A stretch of DNA of 64,000 nucleotides, from positions 13,392,001 to 13,456,000 of the forward strand of contig OX442314.1 in the NCBI GenBank assembly GCA_949358305.1. Reading direction: 5' to 3'. This document shows positions 39,201 through 53,772 of the stretch, in pieces (position 1 is the stretch's first letter; every line of letters starts with the position of its first letter). This DNA is from Strigamia acuminata (taxonomy: Eukaryota). The position numbers and the translations under genes are program-made. The notes beneath the pieces are model-generated. The model did no database searches. It was not told the DNA's origin and worked only from the letters and a program-made list of their open reading frames with translations.

Positions 39201-42200
39201 TGTTTTTAACAATTTGGCAAAGGTAGATAACGCAAAGATAATCCAGCGCGAGTTTAGTTCAACAAATTCTCCCCAGACGATTCTAATGATGCTATTAACC
39301 GAAACATAATTTGTTACCATTTTTTTGCCAGCTTATAGTTTTAGCTGTGTAACTGTTGTTGCGGTTTCAACCTTAATTTATTTTAAACCGTTAAAAATGC
39401 ATCTAAATTTGTTGTTTTTAATTCAGGTGATAATGTCCCGAGCGTTGTAATTTCTAATTACAAAATTTTAAAGAGATTTATTCATGATTGTATAAATAAT
39501 TGCGAAAACACGTCTAATTTTCAGTTGAAATATTAACCATTTGCCACTTGTTATCCAATGGAAAGATTTTTATCTGTTTTGATGCGGATTTAATTTTCTA
39601 ATTTCCTTTAATTCTTTAATGCGGCCGTTATACATGCAAATTTCCATAGCGATAACTATTAATTAAAATGTCACAATACGAAGCAATGATAGAATTTTCC
39701 CATTTCCTTCCATGCGAAGTGTTATAAATACATGTTCTGGAAATCAAACATTTTTCAGTCAATCTATCAATTTTCATGTGGCCATATAAAGTGATTTCGG
39801 AGTTTCCGCCAGAAATCCTTCTCCCAGTAATGAGATTTACGGAAAGCAATGCTCACAAACACAAGTTGGCAACCAGGTCCCGAGCTAAACTCGGTGAACT
39901 GCACGAGATTTGTTGTGGGAACATTTTTTTTCGTCGAAACTGGCTCCAACAGCACTTGAGCTTTGAACGTCAACACTTGAGCTTTAATTTAAGTAACTTT
40001 GGTAAAAAGCGAGTAAAGACGAAAAAAAAACCCGTTTCATTCGGTGGAACTTCAATAATACAAGCATTTAAATTGCTTTTCAGACTGAACTAAACTTTAT
40101 ATTTTTAAAAGTATAAAACAGACTTTTATTATTATTTTTTTAAATATTTTCATAGAAAATAATCTTCAATTGTCATGAATGCATGCATTTCACGAGCCAA
40201 AAAAAACTTTATGCTAATAAGAGAGAATAAGGCAGGAAAACGATGAATAATAATAAAAAAAATAAATAAAAAAAAGTTCACAACTGTTTTCTATAAATTT
40301 AACGACCGAAATGAAAAATGGCGCAATTCCCTACCCGCAGTATTCCACAAAGTAACATTACTCCACTTCATTCACGATGTGCAAGCCAGAATTCCTCAGT
40401 TTCCGGCAAGCAGCAGGAAGTTTGATTTAATAGCGCACAATTATAACGAATGCCTCAAGAAATTACAATTTTCAATTTTAATTTCTCTCGGTAAAAACCA
40501 CAACAAAAGAGTGCCAACAAAATGAATCTTCAGAACGCCAGGATCAATACTAATATTCTCGACTCTAATGTGAAAACGAAACCTTACTTTGCACGAAACC
40601 AAAAAACGTGCGGGTGAAACGTAAAACCTCAAGACGACTCTTATGTTACTCGCATTCTTCTTCCTCCAAACCGAAATGTGAAACAAAAGGAAATAAAAAA
40701 GCCCACCCTTGGTAATTTATTCTTGCGAAACAAACCAAAATCATTTCCGAGCTGACATTTGGGAGAAATGTGTCTTCTTCCAGTAATGCAATACCCGACC
40801 ACTATCTCCCAATATTCTCATTCGCGAGAAACATGCCAAGAATCTTCTTATTCCCTCGCCCCACAACAAGTAATGGCAAAAGATAAACAATACCTGAGCC
40901 TCAACCCTAAACTACGCCATATCATCAAGTTTAGTTGAATTTAGGTGAAAACACTACGTCAACCTTACACAATGACACGTTTATATCTAAATTGTTTATT
41001 GCGCACGAGTGAATGGTGTTATTATTTTTAAAAACCACGTATTCGTTGCAATTATGTGCGCGCATACAGTCATTTTTCAGATTGTGGTGAACAAATTAAA
41101 GAGAAGATTTATTCCAGACTACAAAACAGCAGTACAAGCTTCCATTTTCATTTCTAAGAGAACAACTAAAACAACCAGAATGGCCTCAAAGCAGAACGGT
41201 AAAAGAACCACACAAGTTACTAAACCACTAATTAAACACATTTGCGGTTATAATTAGGGATGAACCGTATATTCGACTGATATTCGGTATTCGGCCACGA
41301 AAAATGTTTGATAGTAGCGCACTCTATACTCGTGCGATCGTCACGCAAAAATGACACAACAAACTGGCCTAAAAACAAACACATTTACGCTTAAGCACGT
41401 TTTTGCATACAATTTTGGATGTTTTTATAAACGGCATAAACTGAAACTTTAAACGCACCTACTGTAAAATATATTTTTTAATCATACGTGGCAAAATCTC
41501 AGAGTTACTGCAATCGAGGGCCCACGGAGGATAAAAAAGAAATATATGTATCTAATTTAATAAAAACTGGGGACCCTAGCGCACGCCTTATGCCTAAATG
41601 CATCACTGTCTCCCATAACGAGATTTAGTGAATTAGTAAGAGTGAGAAAAGTAGAAACGACTATGAAAATAACTCCTTTTTCCTTTTTATCTACTTTTGC
41701 AGTAATTTAGACTAAAAGCACACGTTCCTTTTGTGCTTTCAGATAAACGTCCCTAAAGAAATCATCTAAGATGTGGCTATAGGTTTACTTCCCAATAAAC
41801 AACTGGGATCATTGCTTCTCCTTCCAACTCTTTTTTCTCCTTTCTGATGAATGTCTGGTCCAATGATCCTATAGGGGCGAATTAAACTCTTCCCCTATTC
41901 TTATATCATTCAACTTTAAATAAATAAAAGGAGAGGAAGAAAAGAACAATTGAAAAGTAGACTGCACAGATATGCTATCTATTTTCAAGCGCAATGAACA
42001 ACTTAAAATAACGAATCTTTCCAGTTGAAATATTTGTCATTTCATTCAGATTTATTGTTCTACTATATTGTCGAGAAAGTTCAACGGGGGAAAAAATGAA
42101 AAAACATGTGTATGTCGGAAAATTCCAATAAAGCTGTAACGGTCTTTTTAATTTAAAAAACCTTCGAAAATCTAATATGAAAACAAAATACCATACATAG

Positions 42201-45200
42201 CATCGTCAAAAAAAATACAGAAATACAAAAATGATGTAAACAAAAGCTCTTATGTGCTTGTTTTATTGTCGAACTGAACCAAGATGTAAAACGTTAAATG
42301 ACAACATGGGCCCTCAAAAATCAGGAATTGGGGTTTATCAGCCGTCGTGGAAAACGAGCCCTAACAACCCAATCTATTCGATTCTGCCTAGCATGTACTA
42401 CGTTTACATGCACCGAATGTTTCGAGTGGTGAAAAAATCAAATTGTTGTGTTTGCATGCAGAAAATAATTCGTGATCATTTTCGGTTTTCGACCAATGTA
42501 CCAGAAGTGATGCGCGCATGCACAATAAAAATAGTTCGAGTTCACTCGAATTAAACAACCTTCTGTGAGGGATTATTCACTACTCTAATAATCCTTGTCA
42601 TCCCTGTTTACATGAGTTATGCACGGAATATTTCATCTCACTCGAAATATTCCGTGCATGTAAACAAAGTACTAGAAAACGATGATAACAAAAGACAAGA
42701 CAAAAAACATAGGGCGGTGATTACTGAATTTGTCACCAGTTTCAGTGAAGCCCCCGGCGTGTCGCCGAGTTCGGTTATATTTTAAAACAGCACAGCCAAC
42801 ATGGCACCCTAGCAACAAACATGTCTGCTCAAAGGAAATGATATATTGAAAGTAGGAGCGCTCTAATGTAATCAGCGTCCTTTTGCAATTAAATCAACAT
42901 GTTTTTGAAACTCTTCTCTGGAGCATTCTAATACGATCAGTCCAGCGTCCTCTTTTAATGAAATGAACAAGTTTCTGAGAAATCCAGCAGTAATGCGTCC
43001 ACTAACCAATGATAATTAGTGGATGCTTTGAGTGAGGCGAGTTACAACAATTTGTGCCAATTTTCAAGTTGTGTTAATTCGTTGTTATTGAATGCGCTTT
43101 TTTTTTTTGAGGGGGGGGGGGGGGGAGGGGGGAAATACTTCCAAAAAACCAAAATAAATATAAAAAATAAATATTGTGATTCATTCGCAACATTGTCCCC
43201 ACGCTGCGTTTTTTATATTTTTGTTTTGCTACGTTTCATTTTTATTTTTTGGTCAATCGACCGCAACGAAACTCGTCAACGGTATGTTAAGTTCGAAACA
43301 CTACATGATGTAACTTCCAGTGCACAAAGCAAAATTCGTTGCCAAAGTGCCCGCTATTGTAATTCCCACGTTTAACTTTAGTAGAACAAAGAGCCGGAAT
43401 GGAATAAAATAAACATTCCACGACATTAATGTAGTTTCAGGAAAATATAGTAATACTAACTTTTTTACTGGAATTTTGCCATCTTTGTCCGTCTGTAAGG
43501 TCATCTTGATGTACGTCTTTTCCAAGAATGTTGTGGCACTAGCGTTGATTGCGAGCAAATTGGTGGCCATTATCAGCACTTCGTCCGTCCATTCCTGAGA
43601 CCGAGCAAAAGAGCAACATTTACAAACTTTTCCAAAATGACACAAACAAGTGGTCGTAGAAACAAACTAACTGCCGCTACGATTTTATTTGTTAAACCAC
43701 CACTATTAAAAGCGAAGCAGCTGAGCCGGGACTTAAATCTTATAGCATAGGCTGTAAGTCTATGCTGAAAATCCTCTTATTGCATCATAAACAATCTTAT
43801 TGCACCAGGACCAGACTGAGTAGAATTCTATTAGTTATACCTCAACTTTCACCTATATTAAGACCACGGCTTTAAAGTCTTAATGCCATATGGCGTCTGT
43901 GGCATGTGCAGACGGAAGAAACCACTAACACGTTATACTCGTATGTCTTATTCCTTCATTTAAAGATTGATTAATGACATTAATGGCACTTAAATCTAAC
44001 AAAAACAAATAGTTTTGCAACCAAAGGCCTTTTGATCTTGCGACCATCGTCAGTTGTACTATTTATTAGATCACATATACTCTAGTTGCAGTCAAAAAGG
44101 CACTTTACAATCTGTACTCCCATTGATCGAGCATGTAGAGTATAGGACACTTTTCCTCCATCACACACTGTCCAAAGCGTACGGAAAATATATCGTATTA
44201 ACCCACCTTAAGCCGTTTATACAGTTTATACGGGTTAGAATAACTGGCGCGAAAACTATTCTGGGCTTATTCATTCCGCGGTTGTGCAATTTCGTTGTTG
44301 CGAATTCCTAAGAATGCCTAACAACCCCCGCGAACCTAACCTCACCAGTGTTTTTTAAACAAATCCCAGTATTGAAATTTTCTTTCCATTTTAAAATTCC
44401 GCGGTTAATCAGTAACCGATTTTTAAATTCCGCAATTATTTATTCCGCGATTATTCAATTTATGATGCCCGGAATTTAAATTTGTCATTTATTTCCGCGG
44501 TTATTACCGGCATGCCTGTGAAAAGTGAAAAGTGCTGGTTTTTTGTTTATTTATTTAAAAGAGCCCGAATGGATAATTATGTTGGAATTTAGGCCTGAAA
44601 TTTGAGTTCTCTTGATATTCTGAAGATTATTACAAAAATTTGGGAAAATTTATAGAAAATTTGTCAATTTTTTACATTTTAGACATCTAAAAATTCTTTA
44701 TGCTTGTTTTGGCTCAATTCTGATTGAAAAAAAAATCGTACTCACCTACACGAGCATGCCAGGGAAAAACTGGGTTTATCGGCATGCCGGTAAAACTCGC
44801 ACTGTACCAACATGCGGCTTAAAGCGAAATAATACGATAATTTCAGTGAGACGGTTTATTCAGTTTAAATGAGAGTTCGCAGTCGGAAAATTGTTTCGAG
44901 TCTTTCAACTATAACATAAAACCAGAAAAGTAATTTCCGCTTTATTCCATGAAAATGAGAGTTTCTTTAGATTCTTTTGAACCAAAATTAAGTCACGATT
45001 TATCACATTTCCCACTAAAGGTCTATAAAATCCATTCTCCGCCTTCAATTTAATGTTTATTACATCTGTTAGTCCCTCAAATGTACACATTTAAACAGTT
45101 ATTGTCCACATAAAATATTTTATACTTTTTTGCATGTACTTGAAATTGCCCTAAATCCTTCCATAATGTACAGCAAAATCCAATTTCTAAGAATTAAATC

Positions 45201-46201
45201 TTTTACGGATTTTATCCAATCCAACAGCAGAATAAAAATCCTTAGATATCGAAGAGAAAATGCTTTTGGTTCAAAATGCATATTGATAGGTAAAAGAAGT
45301 ATCTTGGTTCACAATTTCTGCTGAAAGTGGATTTTTCTCAGACACAAACAGAAAAGCAGAGGGTTTAAATCTTTGAAATGTTGGGTTTTGTGCATAAAAT
45401 TGATAAAATTTTAAACACTTTTCATCAAATTTGAATAAACTTCAACCAATATAAAATTAAAATATCATGTACTTTCATCAAAATTTGATAAAACTCTTAA
45501 AATTAAATCAAATTTCAAGAAAAAACAGATAAAAACCAAAGATATATGGCATACATGGCCCATACGTCACTGGACGCGATCTCATTACGCTAAGTCATAG
45601 ACTAGAAGACCATGTTATTTTCCCCGGGCATTGCTTAAATAAATACTAATCAGACATTTTTGAAAACATTTTGCTTCGAAGAAAGAAAAATCCTAAATCA
45701 AATAGAACAAAGATATAAAAAGTCGAGTCTGGTCCTTAAGAGCAGTCCAATATGATTCAGACATTTGTGGTGCAACGACCATTCAGATGATAAAAGAGCA
45801 AAAAAAGAAAAAAGAGCAATTGAACTAAAAGGAAGAAAGCAGCTAGAAAAATCTCTGAATAGAACTCAATGCAATCCCCAGGTTTTCTACGTCAGAGGAA
45901 GAGAAGAAAGAAAGAAAGAAAAATTACAAACCTTAGCAACTTCTCTGCAGTTGCAACAAAAGTTTAAGTATGAAACATTGACGAGGTCATGCCCATACAC
46001 TACGGTAAATGTTTTATCTTCTAAAGGCGTGTCTTGAGCACCCATATTCACTGTATCCCGCAATTTCGCATCCTGAAAACACAATTTTAAAATGTTACAC
46101 GCAATGAAATGCAACCATTTAGAAAATAACAGCACTTTATAACCACTAATTACACACAAACAAATTTCAAACACATAATTTTCCTGCTTTAAATTGACCG
46201 T

Positions 46202-46237
<36 letters not shown>

Positions 46238-48864
46238 AAGGAGAAATGACACTGGACCTCACAAAAGGAAGCCCAAACCCAACAACGGTTTAAAATAATA
46301 GGGGCATTCAAAGTATAAGTTGTTTTGACATTTATATAAACAGAATGGACACTAAAAACAGTTTAAAAGCATCGCCAAAAACCGCAAAAACCACGCTTAA
46401 GTTGTTTTTGAAGTGGTTTATGACGAGTTTTGGTTTTTACAACCAAATTCAAAATGGCTGCCACCTAGATCGTCCGGTGAAACTTTTGCAAGTTTTTGCC
46501 GTCTGTTTTTCCTGTTTTTCCTGAAACTTTGAATGCGCCTAATGTAATTAGTAATTAACATTTATAAAAACATTAACACGTTGAATCCGCAAGAAGATTT
46601 TTTTCAACACATGTGAAATTCCTACTTCGTTTGTACACAATTCTTTCATAACAAATTAACACGAGTATTTAATTAAAACAATTTTCTACAACGAAAATGT
46701 GTTCGTGTCTGACATGTGCCGTGTACACGCGGCCGACTCCATGCCCCGGAGATTCTATACAGTCGGAGCTATCTACAGCATTCGCTTATTGGATATTCTT
46801 CTGACTATGCTCGGAGCCGGTGGGATGTGAAAAACGCGAGATTTAATTTCAGACCATCACGCATGCCATCAAAAAAACTTTGCCCTTGTGCATTTTCTAC
46901 TCTTCCACACACGCCTACAGCAAAAAGTCATTGCAGATACTCATGTTGAATGCTATCAGCCAGCACATGCCAAGCCGAGCACTTCTGACACCGCTGGGAT
47001 TAGATTAATTGACTCCAAGCAACAAAACCAATAAGTATGGGTTGTCAGGTGTTGACAAAAAAATAAAGAATTATTTATTAAGTCAACAATATCGGAATAT
47101 GTGGGAGACTAATTAGAAATTCGATATGTGTTGAGTGTGAGCTTTGCCGCTGAACGGCGCTTCAAAATCGGGTGATAAATGTGCATTCATTAGTTGCATT
47201 CAAAAAAAATCATTTAAAAATTGCAGTTAAACATGCTTTGCTGTTTAAATGATGTGCGCATGGCGGAACCCGTATACTATACTCGAGTTGCGCTCAAAAA
47301 GGCACCTCACAATGTGTACTCCCATTGGTCGAGCCAGTTTACTGGTCTAGTGATCCGGAAAAGTAGACCCAAACACCAGAATTGCATTACAATGTACAGA
47401 CATTGCAATCGATTGCCTAGGCAACGGCCTAAAATTCAAACTTCCAGACGATGTAAGCAATAAACACAACAAACATGAGTTTGACATTTTTTAATGTGTG
47501 AAACTTCATTTTAATGATGGAAATAACATTTTTTATTAAATAAAATCAAAATAACATACTAAATTAGTCATAACAATCACAACAATAAATAAAAAACAAA
47601 ACTACTTCTCCTAGTAGTAGTATACAGTCTGGAGTTAGTAGTAAACTGGCTCGACCAATGGGAGTACACATTGTGAGGTGCCTTTTTGAGTGCAACTCGA
47701 GTACTTGTATATAATGGAGGCCGAAATGTTTGCCGGATACTTTTTTTGATTGTTTCGTTAAATTCTGAAACCAAGCTAAACCTGGGTAAAATAAAAATTC
47801 CTATCTGCCCATACATTTTGTTTTTTAATATTGTAAGAAAAAGTTCTGTTTTAAAACGTCTTTTGGCACACGACAATCACGAAACGATCTGCGATAGTAG
47901 CGCACTGTGGCAGCGATTTGAAGCACCAATATAAAAGCCTTTTTCCAAAAACTTGGTTTTTTTATATTTACTTATTCAAGCGTTTAAAAATTCTGTTTTG
48001 TCTAAATGCCTTTGTCGAATGCAGCTTGCTGTCGAGTGTCGTCCTTTATTACGGAATAAATGTTGTTGTTCTATTTATTTCCATCGATTTTCAAGTTGGA
48101 TGGATTGGCAAAAATTTATTTGACTGCATGACAAATAGTTCATTTTGAGGAAAAAGACTCGGTAAAAGGTAAACTTCACTCGTAGAGTAGACGAAGAGAT
48201 GTGGAGTTTGCTTCAATGCAATTTACAGAGGATGTTTTCAATCCTAGGCGTGTCGAAATCAAATAAAACTCCGATGGCTGATCACCACGAGCAAACCTCA
48301 GTAGGTATATCTGTGGCGTCATGAAAATTAGATTGACGATTGAGATATATTGAAAGTTGCACGACTTGTATTGGTTTCACTTCTTTATTGCATATCAAAC
48401 TTTTGTTCTGGCAATAAAACTACGGCGCACTGCAGTCGTAAAGTCGTCTAGTCTGGTTTATCTAATTTAAACCAGTCTAAATGCATATTTTAGACAGCCG
48501 ATTAAAGGTTGCTTTAAGTGGAAAATATTTAAACACGCCATAAAACATACAATAAACAATTTTAGACTTTTGTGTTTTCGTGTGAAAACAATGAAATTTA
48601 GTGATTTAATCACCAGGCGCAGACTGTAGTGCAAGCGAACTTCATTTCGTCATCCGCACTTTGAATTTTGAACAACAACACTATAAAACCGCTTAAATTT
48701 GCATTAACCAAAGAACATTATTCTTTATTTATTTATTTTTTTTATTTAAATTAAAAACTAAAGAAAAAAGAATTTTTTTAACTTGCTTTCATCACCTTAG
48801 GAACCCGTGCTTGCCTTCCTGTCCTTGTGTCACGAATGACTGCAATGTCAAGAAACTCCACTTC
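26056..48864 (-). CDS. Plc21C: Phosphoinositide phospholipase C beta 1-3 / Plc21C-type, 5'-partial (about 30 coding exons seen)
   Basis: Exons 48864-48796, 46072-45932, 43594-43461, 31655-31571, 31513-31413, 31260-31085, 30889-30743, 30632-30475, 30393-30314, 30217-30133, 30072-29988, 29931-29669, 29589-29490, 29414-29330, 29270-29198, 29131-29080, 29011-28857, 28794-28630, 28571-28367, 28300-28025, 27964-27881, 27813-27689, 27624-27497 (or -27431), 27058-26992, 26904-26806, 26739-26663, 26599-26504, 26445-26388, 26318-26232, 26172-26056. Motifs [61 protein letters not shown]; ends REVTSL*. The first PH-domain exons were not found in 48.9-64 kb. Confidence 0.9.
30226..30266. repeat. (AAAT)n microsatellite
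   Basis: About 10 AAAT units next to a Plc21C-like acceptor. Confidence 0.9.
35682..35731. repeat. Perfect 50-bp palindrome
   Basis: TTAGTCTTGAAATCGACTTT-AATTATAATT-AAAGTCGATTTCAAGACTAA equals its own reverse complement. Confidence 0.9.
36055..36591. mobile_element. Harbinger-like MITE (GTTTACATG-type termini)
   Basis: Termini (TTA)CCATGTTTTCATG / CATGTAAACATGG(TAA); repeated palindromic subterminal motif TTATCTAGATAA. Confidence 0.65.
36687..37123. mobile_element. Harbinger-like MITE (AGGTGCGTTC-type termini)
   Basis: Termini AGGTGCGTTCAATTCTAAA / TTTAGAATTGAATGCACCT; internal repeats CGTTTTCGTCGTTTTCC and AATTTTCGGCCGCATTTGCGCG. Confidence 0.7.
42395..42672. mobile_element. Harbinger-like MITE (GTTTACATG-type termini)
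   Basis: ~34-bp imperfect termini GTACTACGTTTACATGCACCGAATGTTTCGAGTG / CACTCGAAATATTCCGTGCATGTAAACAAAGTAC. Confidence 0.65.
46203..46234. repeat. (CA)n microsatellite
   Basis: About 16 CA units. Confidence 0.9.
46300..46540. mobile_element. Harbinger-like MITE
   Basis: Termini AGGGGCATTCAAAGT / ACTTTGAATGCGCCT; the same right end GAATGCGCCTA occurs at ~21950. Confidence 0.6.
47280..47703. mobile_element. MITE with ~64-bp near-perfect terminal inverted repeats
   Basis: TACTCGAGTTGCGCTCAAAAAGGCACCTCACAATGTGTACTCCCATTGGTCGAGCCAGTTTACT and its reverse complement at ~47640-47703; a diverged single-arm copy lies at ~44077-44143. Confidence 0.8.
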
Positions 48865-50040
48865 CTACAAATAAACAAAAAATACATTAATCAACTTTAA
48901 AGCAAAAAAAAAAAAATCCAAACTAAAATAAAAATAAAAATAAAAATAATTTTTTTTAATTTTATTCATACTAACTCATGGATCATTAACGCTACCAATC
49001 CGACTCCAAACTCAATAACAAGTTGTCGGAATGATTTGCGGGGCCAAAAATAGTCTAATTAAGTTAAATTAAGCACACTATCGTCATCTCGTGACCCACT
49101 TATCACAAAATGAAGGTCTTATACTAAAAGCTCAGACCTCCTAAACACTTTCATCATTTTAACTATTCATATTGACCCTATTTCTTCTGCTGCACTCTAA
49201 TATTTCCAAATAGCCTCATCATTCAGCCAACTTCCAAACGAAATTTCCTAAACCACTTTTCACTGTCAACTCCTCTTAAAATCAACTTTCACGTGAAACA
49301 TTGAAAAAAAATGAATGATTCATACTTCATAAAATGCTGGACTAACTTCATAAATAATCTCAAATCCCAAAGCATATTACCCTCGAGTTTTCAAGTACAT
49401 TTTCGTTCAATTTTTTATTATTAAGGTACTCCCAAAATAGAAAATTCCTCATTTCCTCCATAACAGAATTATTACACGCCCAGTGCATCAAGTTGAATCA
49501 AATTTCTTCTTTTTTCTCTCTCTCTCTCTCTCTCTCTTTATGTTCGGGACAAGTAGATGGAAAAATATAGCCTATAAGAAAACTTTCCCGACATTAATCT
49601 TGTTCTTGCTGCACATGACGTAGGTTGGAAACGTGAGGGATTTAACAAATTAATTTTCCAATAGCTTGATTTAAACAGTGGTGGGTCCCAGATAAAATGA
49701 CAAAAAAATGGGAAATGTGCGGGGTAAGAAAGAGATAATTGGCTATCTTTTACTGCTGGAAGAAAATTCATCTTTTAAGCCCACATCTTATTCGGAGAAT
49801 GACACCAACGCCATTATCCCCATGCTTCAAAATGCGTTTGCTTTGAAATTGCTTTCCATTTTGTTTAGGTTTAAAACAAATTCAAAGTTTCTGTTTACAT
49901 GGATTTCGGTATGTGCGCACATCAATGGAGCAATTATTTATGTTCATAGTTCTGTAGTGTGTGTACCGGTATCTAGCAGTCCTTAAAAAAAGTCTGTAGA
50001 AAATATTGTTTCTTTTATTTCTCAAAAGCTAATGTCACTG

Positions 50041-50410
50041 TACTCCAAACCGATACGTGGTCCTAATAACTCTTTTTGGTTGAGCCGGATTACGCCTAAC
50101 TGCGGACTGTGCTCTACTACACGGAAAAGTAGTTCTGTTTATTTTCAATGAATTTCAGTGTAAAAAGTGATTAGAATGATGGATTTTATTTATTTAGTAA
50201 TAAAATATTTATTTTATTTGCTAAACAATCAAACAATGTTAGCACAGTTTGTTGGTTTCTTTTGGCAGGTAAACATTAAACAAAGATTTAGTTTTTTTTG
50301 GGTTGTTTTGCCTAGTCAAATTACAATACTGGTGTACTTTTTTGTGACACTACACCAGTAAAACGGCTCAACCAATAGGAGTTAAGACCACGTTGTATCG
50401 GTTTGGAGTA
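50041..50410. mobile_element. MITE with TACTC...GAGTA termini
   Basis: TACTCCAAACCGATACGTGGTC...TGGTTGAGCCG paired with CGGCTCAACCA...GACCACGTTGTATCGGTTTGGAGTA. Confidence 0.7.
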
Positions 50411-53400
50411 TACTTTGTGTCCGTTTTCTGGAATTTACAAATTCATGGTGGTAATTAAAATTTCTTTATTTTTATAACATTTCCTAATAGGAATAAAAGA
50501 CAGTTTCAAAATAGAAACCAACAAAGATATTAAATTCTTCGCCTTCTTTCACCAAAGACAAATAAAAGTTAAAGTCTGCACAGACAGTGTCATGTAAACA
50601 TCACATCACAAAGTAGCAAGTGACTTCGTGCTATTGAAAAGAAAGAAAAAAGACATCATATAAGATAATGCCGGAGTGGATTTGTTTACTCGACGGATCT
50701 TTTTTTTCTCAATTTTACAGATCTTTAAAACTGATATTTTATTTTTTATTTCCGTTTCTGGATCATTTGCATGATGAATGAAAATGGCAAATGATGTGGG
50801 AAACGTTAGCATTTGAGCAAACGTTTGTGCGGTTTTTAATTGTGCAGATGACAAACTGCCGATTAAAATTACCGCACGAACTAATGATCTTGCATAAGTC
50901 CTTTGAATGTTGCAAAATTTGATATGCACGTTCAATAAATAAGCTTTTGTGACGTCGAGCTAGCCACACGTTGGGGTTAACCTTAGCACTACATAAACAA
51001 CATCCGTCTAACAGTCGGTCGTAAGAAAACATAGCTTTATATAAGTAAGATTTACTTAACATGTGTGTGATCTGGCAATCAATAACCCAAAAGTAAAGGT
51101 TAAATGGGTAATCGAAGATCAACATGATTATCAATGTACACTTCCAAGACCTCCTTGATAGGATCTGATTGGCTATGCGTTATCCTGGTTAAATCCACAC
51201 CGATTAACATAACGGAGAGGCGGATTATGCGGATATTGAAAATAGGAATATTTTCTATTATTCTGCGCGATTTCTTCCCACAGCCAATCACAGCTCATGC
51301 CATCATTTTCAACTATCAAACCCCAGCTGCAACAATCCCATATTCTATGCCATATTTGATTGTGGAACTATGGGATTGTTTGGCAAAAAACCGCTAATGA
51401 TTCGCGCTGAAACTTCTCCCTAGATATTTATTATTGCGGAATTGACGTCATTTTGAGCTGCGTTTCCGCAGCGTTTACGCAAGTGTTAACCACGCTTAAA
51501 TCAAGAAGTTTCACTTCTACAGTACCACTCGTCTTTTTATTATTATTATTTTTATTTTTATTCATAACTCAAAGTGAAGTACATTGGTTTTTGAAAGAAT
51601 GTTTGTTAAAAAATTTAAAAATATGGGTACAATGGGTAATACATTTAGCGTTTGAACAGGCGTAAATGGCTGATCGAATAATGTATGAAAGTGAGTTCCA
51701 ATCGAAAGCATGACAGAAGGAGTTGCAGGCCAACCCATTGTTTCAATCCTTTCTTTAATCTTTCAACTGCAATGCACTTTTGTTTTACTTTCAGAACATT
51801 GATATTCAAACTTGTCCTTTTCAACTTTTATTCCTTTCAGCACCAATTCCATTTGAAACTAAATTCTAAATCCATTTGAATATATCCACACATTCTCCTG
51901 TCAATTTTGCCCAAACAGCTTTCACTTGTTTATAAATTTAAAATTTGACCTCAGCTTGAAAACCTGCAAGTATAGAAAAGCAACTGCTGTTTTTTCACTC
52001 CAGAACTATCTATCACGAGATAGTTTTTTGTTCTGCAGTTGTGTCACAACTTGATGAATATTTTGGCTTAAAAGCGTTTTTCTGACGCAAGTACTTCCGT
52101 AGAAAATACTGGAATCTTATTTTGAAGACGCACTTTGCATAGTCTAAAACTTTTGAAAATTTAAATGGTTTTCCAATTTTGCTACATGTCAAAGCAGAGC
52201 TGAATTCATGCATTTCTAATGAAGCAATCTCTTAAGGAACATGACAGGTAAACTTCACTTGAAATACGTTAATTCAAGCATGCACAATGTTATGCCGAAA
52301 ACTAGGAAGAAGAAATGGATCAATTCACATTGTGCTAAATACTGTATATATACAAAGGATAATGTGACAAGTTTGCAATACGAGTTTATGGTTGCAAGCT
52401 GTGCAGGTTCCTGGTCTCTGGGTCAACCAATGGCAATTCCCATGATTGATCCACAGAGTCATCAATCAAACTAGTTGTCATCCATTAAAAATTACACATG
52501 TTAGATAAGTTTTGCTGACACAAAGAATTTTTTTTTCTAATGACTTGCTTTATTCCATTTGAGGATAAAAAAAAAATAAACAAAATAAAAATTGACTTAT
52601 ATTGCTATTATCTTTTTCTTTATTTAAAAATAATTCTGAATCCGCCTCGATGACTTCAAGTCAGATGTTGCTGCTATTCCCGGCAATTTTGATGAAACTT
52701 TTTGGAAATTATTACGACATTAAATCAAGAATATGGAAAAAACTTTATTAATCCGCGTATCTGACCACCAGGCACCGCCATAAGTAATTCCTTTGTAAGC
52801 CGCCATCTTTTGCATACACGATTCACCAGATTGTTGACCAAACAAAACAACGATTCTGTTATTTCATGTAATCTCTTCTTTTTGCTTTAACCCAAAGTCA
52901 GCAAAAGATAAGTAAAAGCAACAGACACTAAAGTTTTTTTTCTTCTACAACAGGTACTGCCTGGAAATAAGAAACGAGCCTTGTTTTCGTATTGCAGCTG
53001 AAACTACAGTTCGAGCCAAACATGGCAATAAAACACCATGTTTTTAAATTAATTTTGTTAATGAATTTATTGTTGTTTATTTACTTTATTTTAGCATTAT
53101 TAGGCCAAATAATAACGACTGAAATTAGGAAATTAACTGCGCAGAATGGAATTCGCAGTATGAATTTAGCATCAAGATACCATAGGCTCAAACTGTAGTC
53201 GATTTCCCATCCTTTGTGAAATCAAGCAATTGGGTATATCCATATAAAGTTATAAACTAAGCAAGTCTCGCATGAAACCTCAGCTTTAATGTTTGTTTAC
53301 ACCTTCCGCATTCCCTATTGTTTACTATCGGTTCCCCATTACAGGCCTTAATAGTTTCATTTAGAGAACACCTATTCAAAGCCATCTTAAACAAAAGTCA

Positions 53401-53772
53401 ACTTAAATTTGGTTACAACATTTTAAAGCATAAGCTTATATCTAAAAGATAGCATTTAAATATTTAGTCCAACAATCCTTGACTCGATACTTTCCCCCCA
53501 AAGACAACTCGTGAAATGTGTTTAGGGTATTTGTTTCCAACATATCAAAATCAGAAGAAATTTTGTCTGCTTGTTCCATTGCTATTACCGTTACCGACAA
53601 ATTGTATAAAAACCATTTTAATAAATGGATGAGAGCAAACAAACTCTCTTCAAGACATTTATATATGATTGAATTTCTAAAATTCGTATATATAAAAAGA
53701 GAAATAATTTATTGAGAATAGATAACAAAAAGGCAGTTTTCTAGAAATATAAAATAAAAGGCACATTCATAT

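Noticed and set aside
43098..43133. Poly-T followed by a long G run
   Set aside because: Simple homopolymers; no evidence of function, and length is error-prone.
50606..51397. Cluster of overlapping 60-120 aa ORFs
   Set aside because: No recognisable domain or splice structure; possibly decayed repeat, but unsupported.
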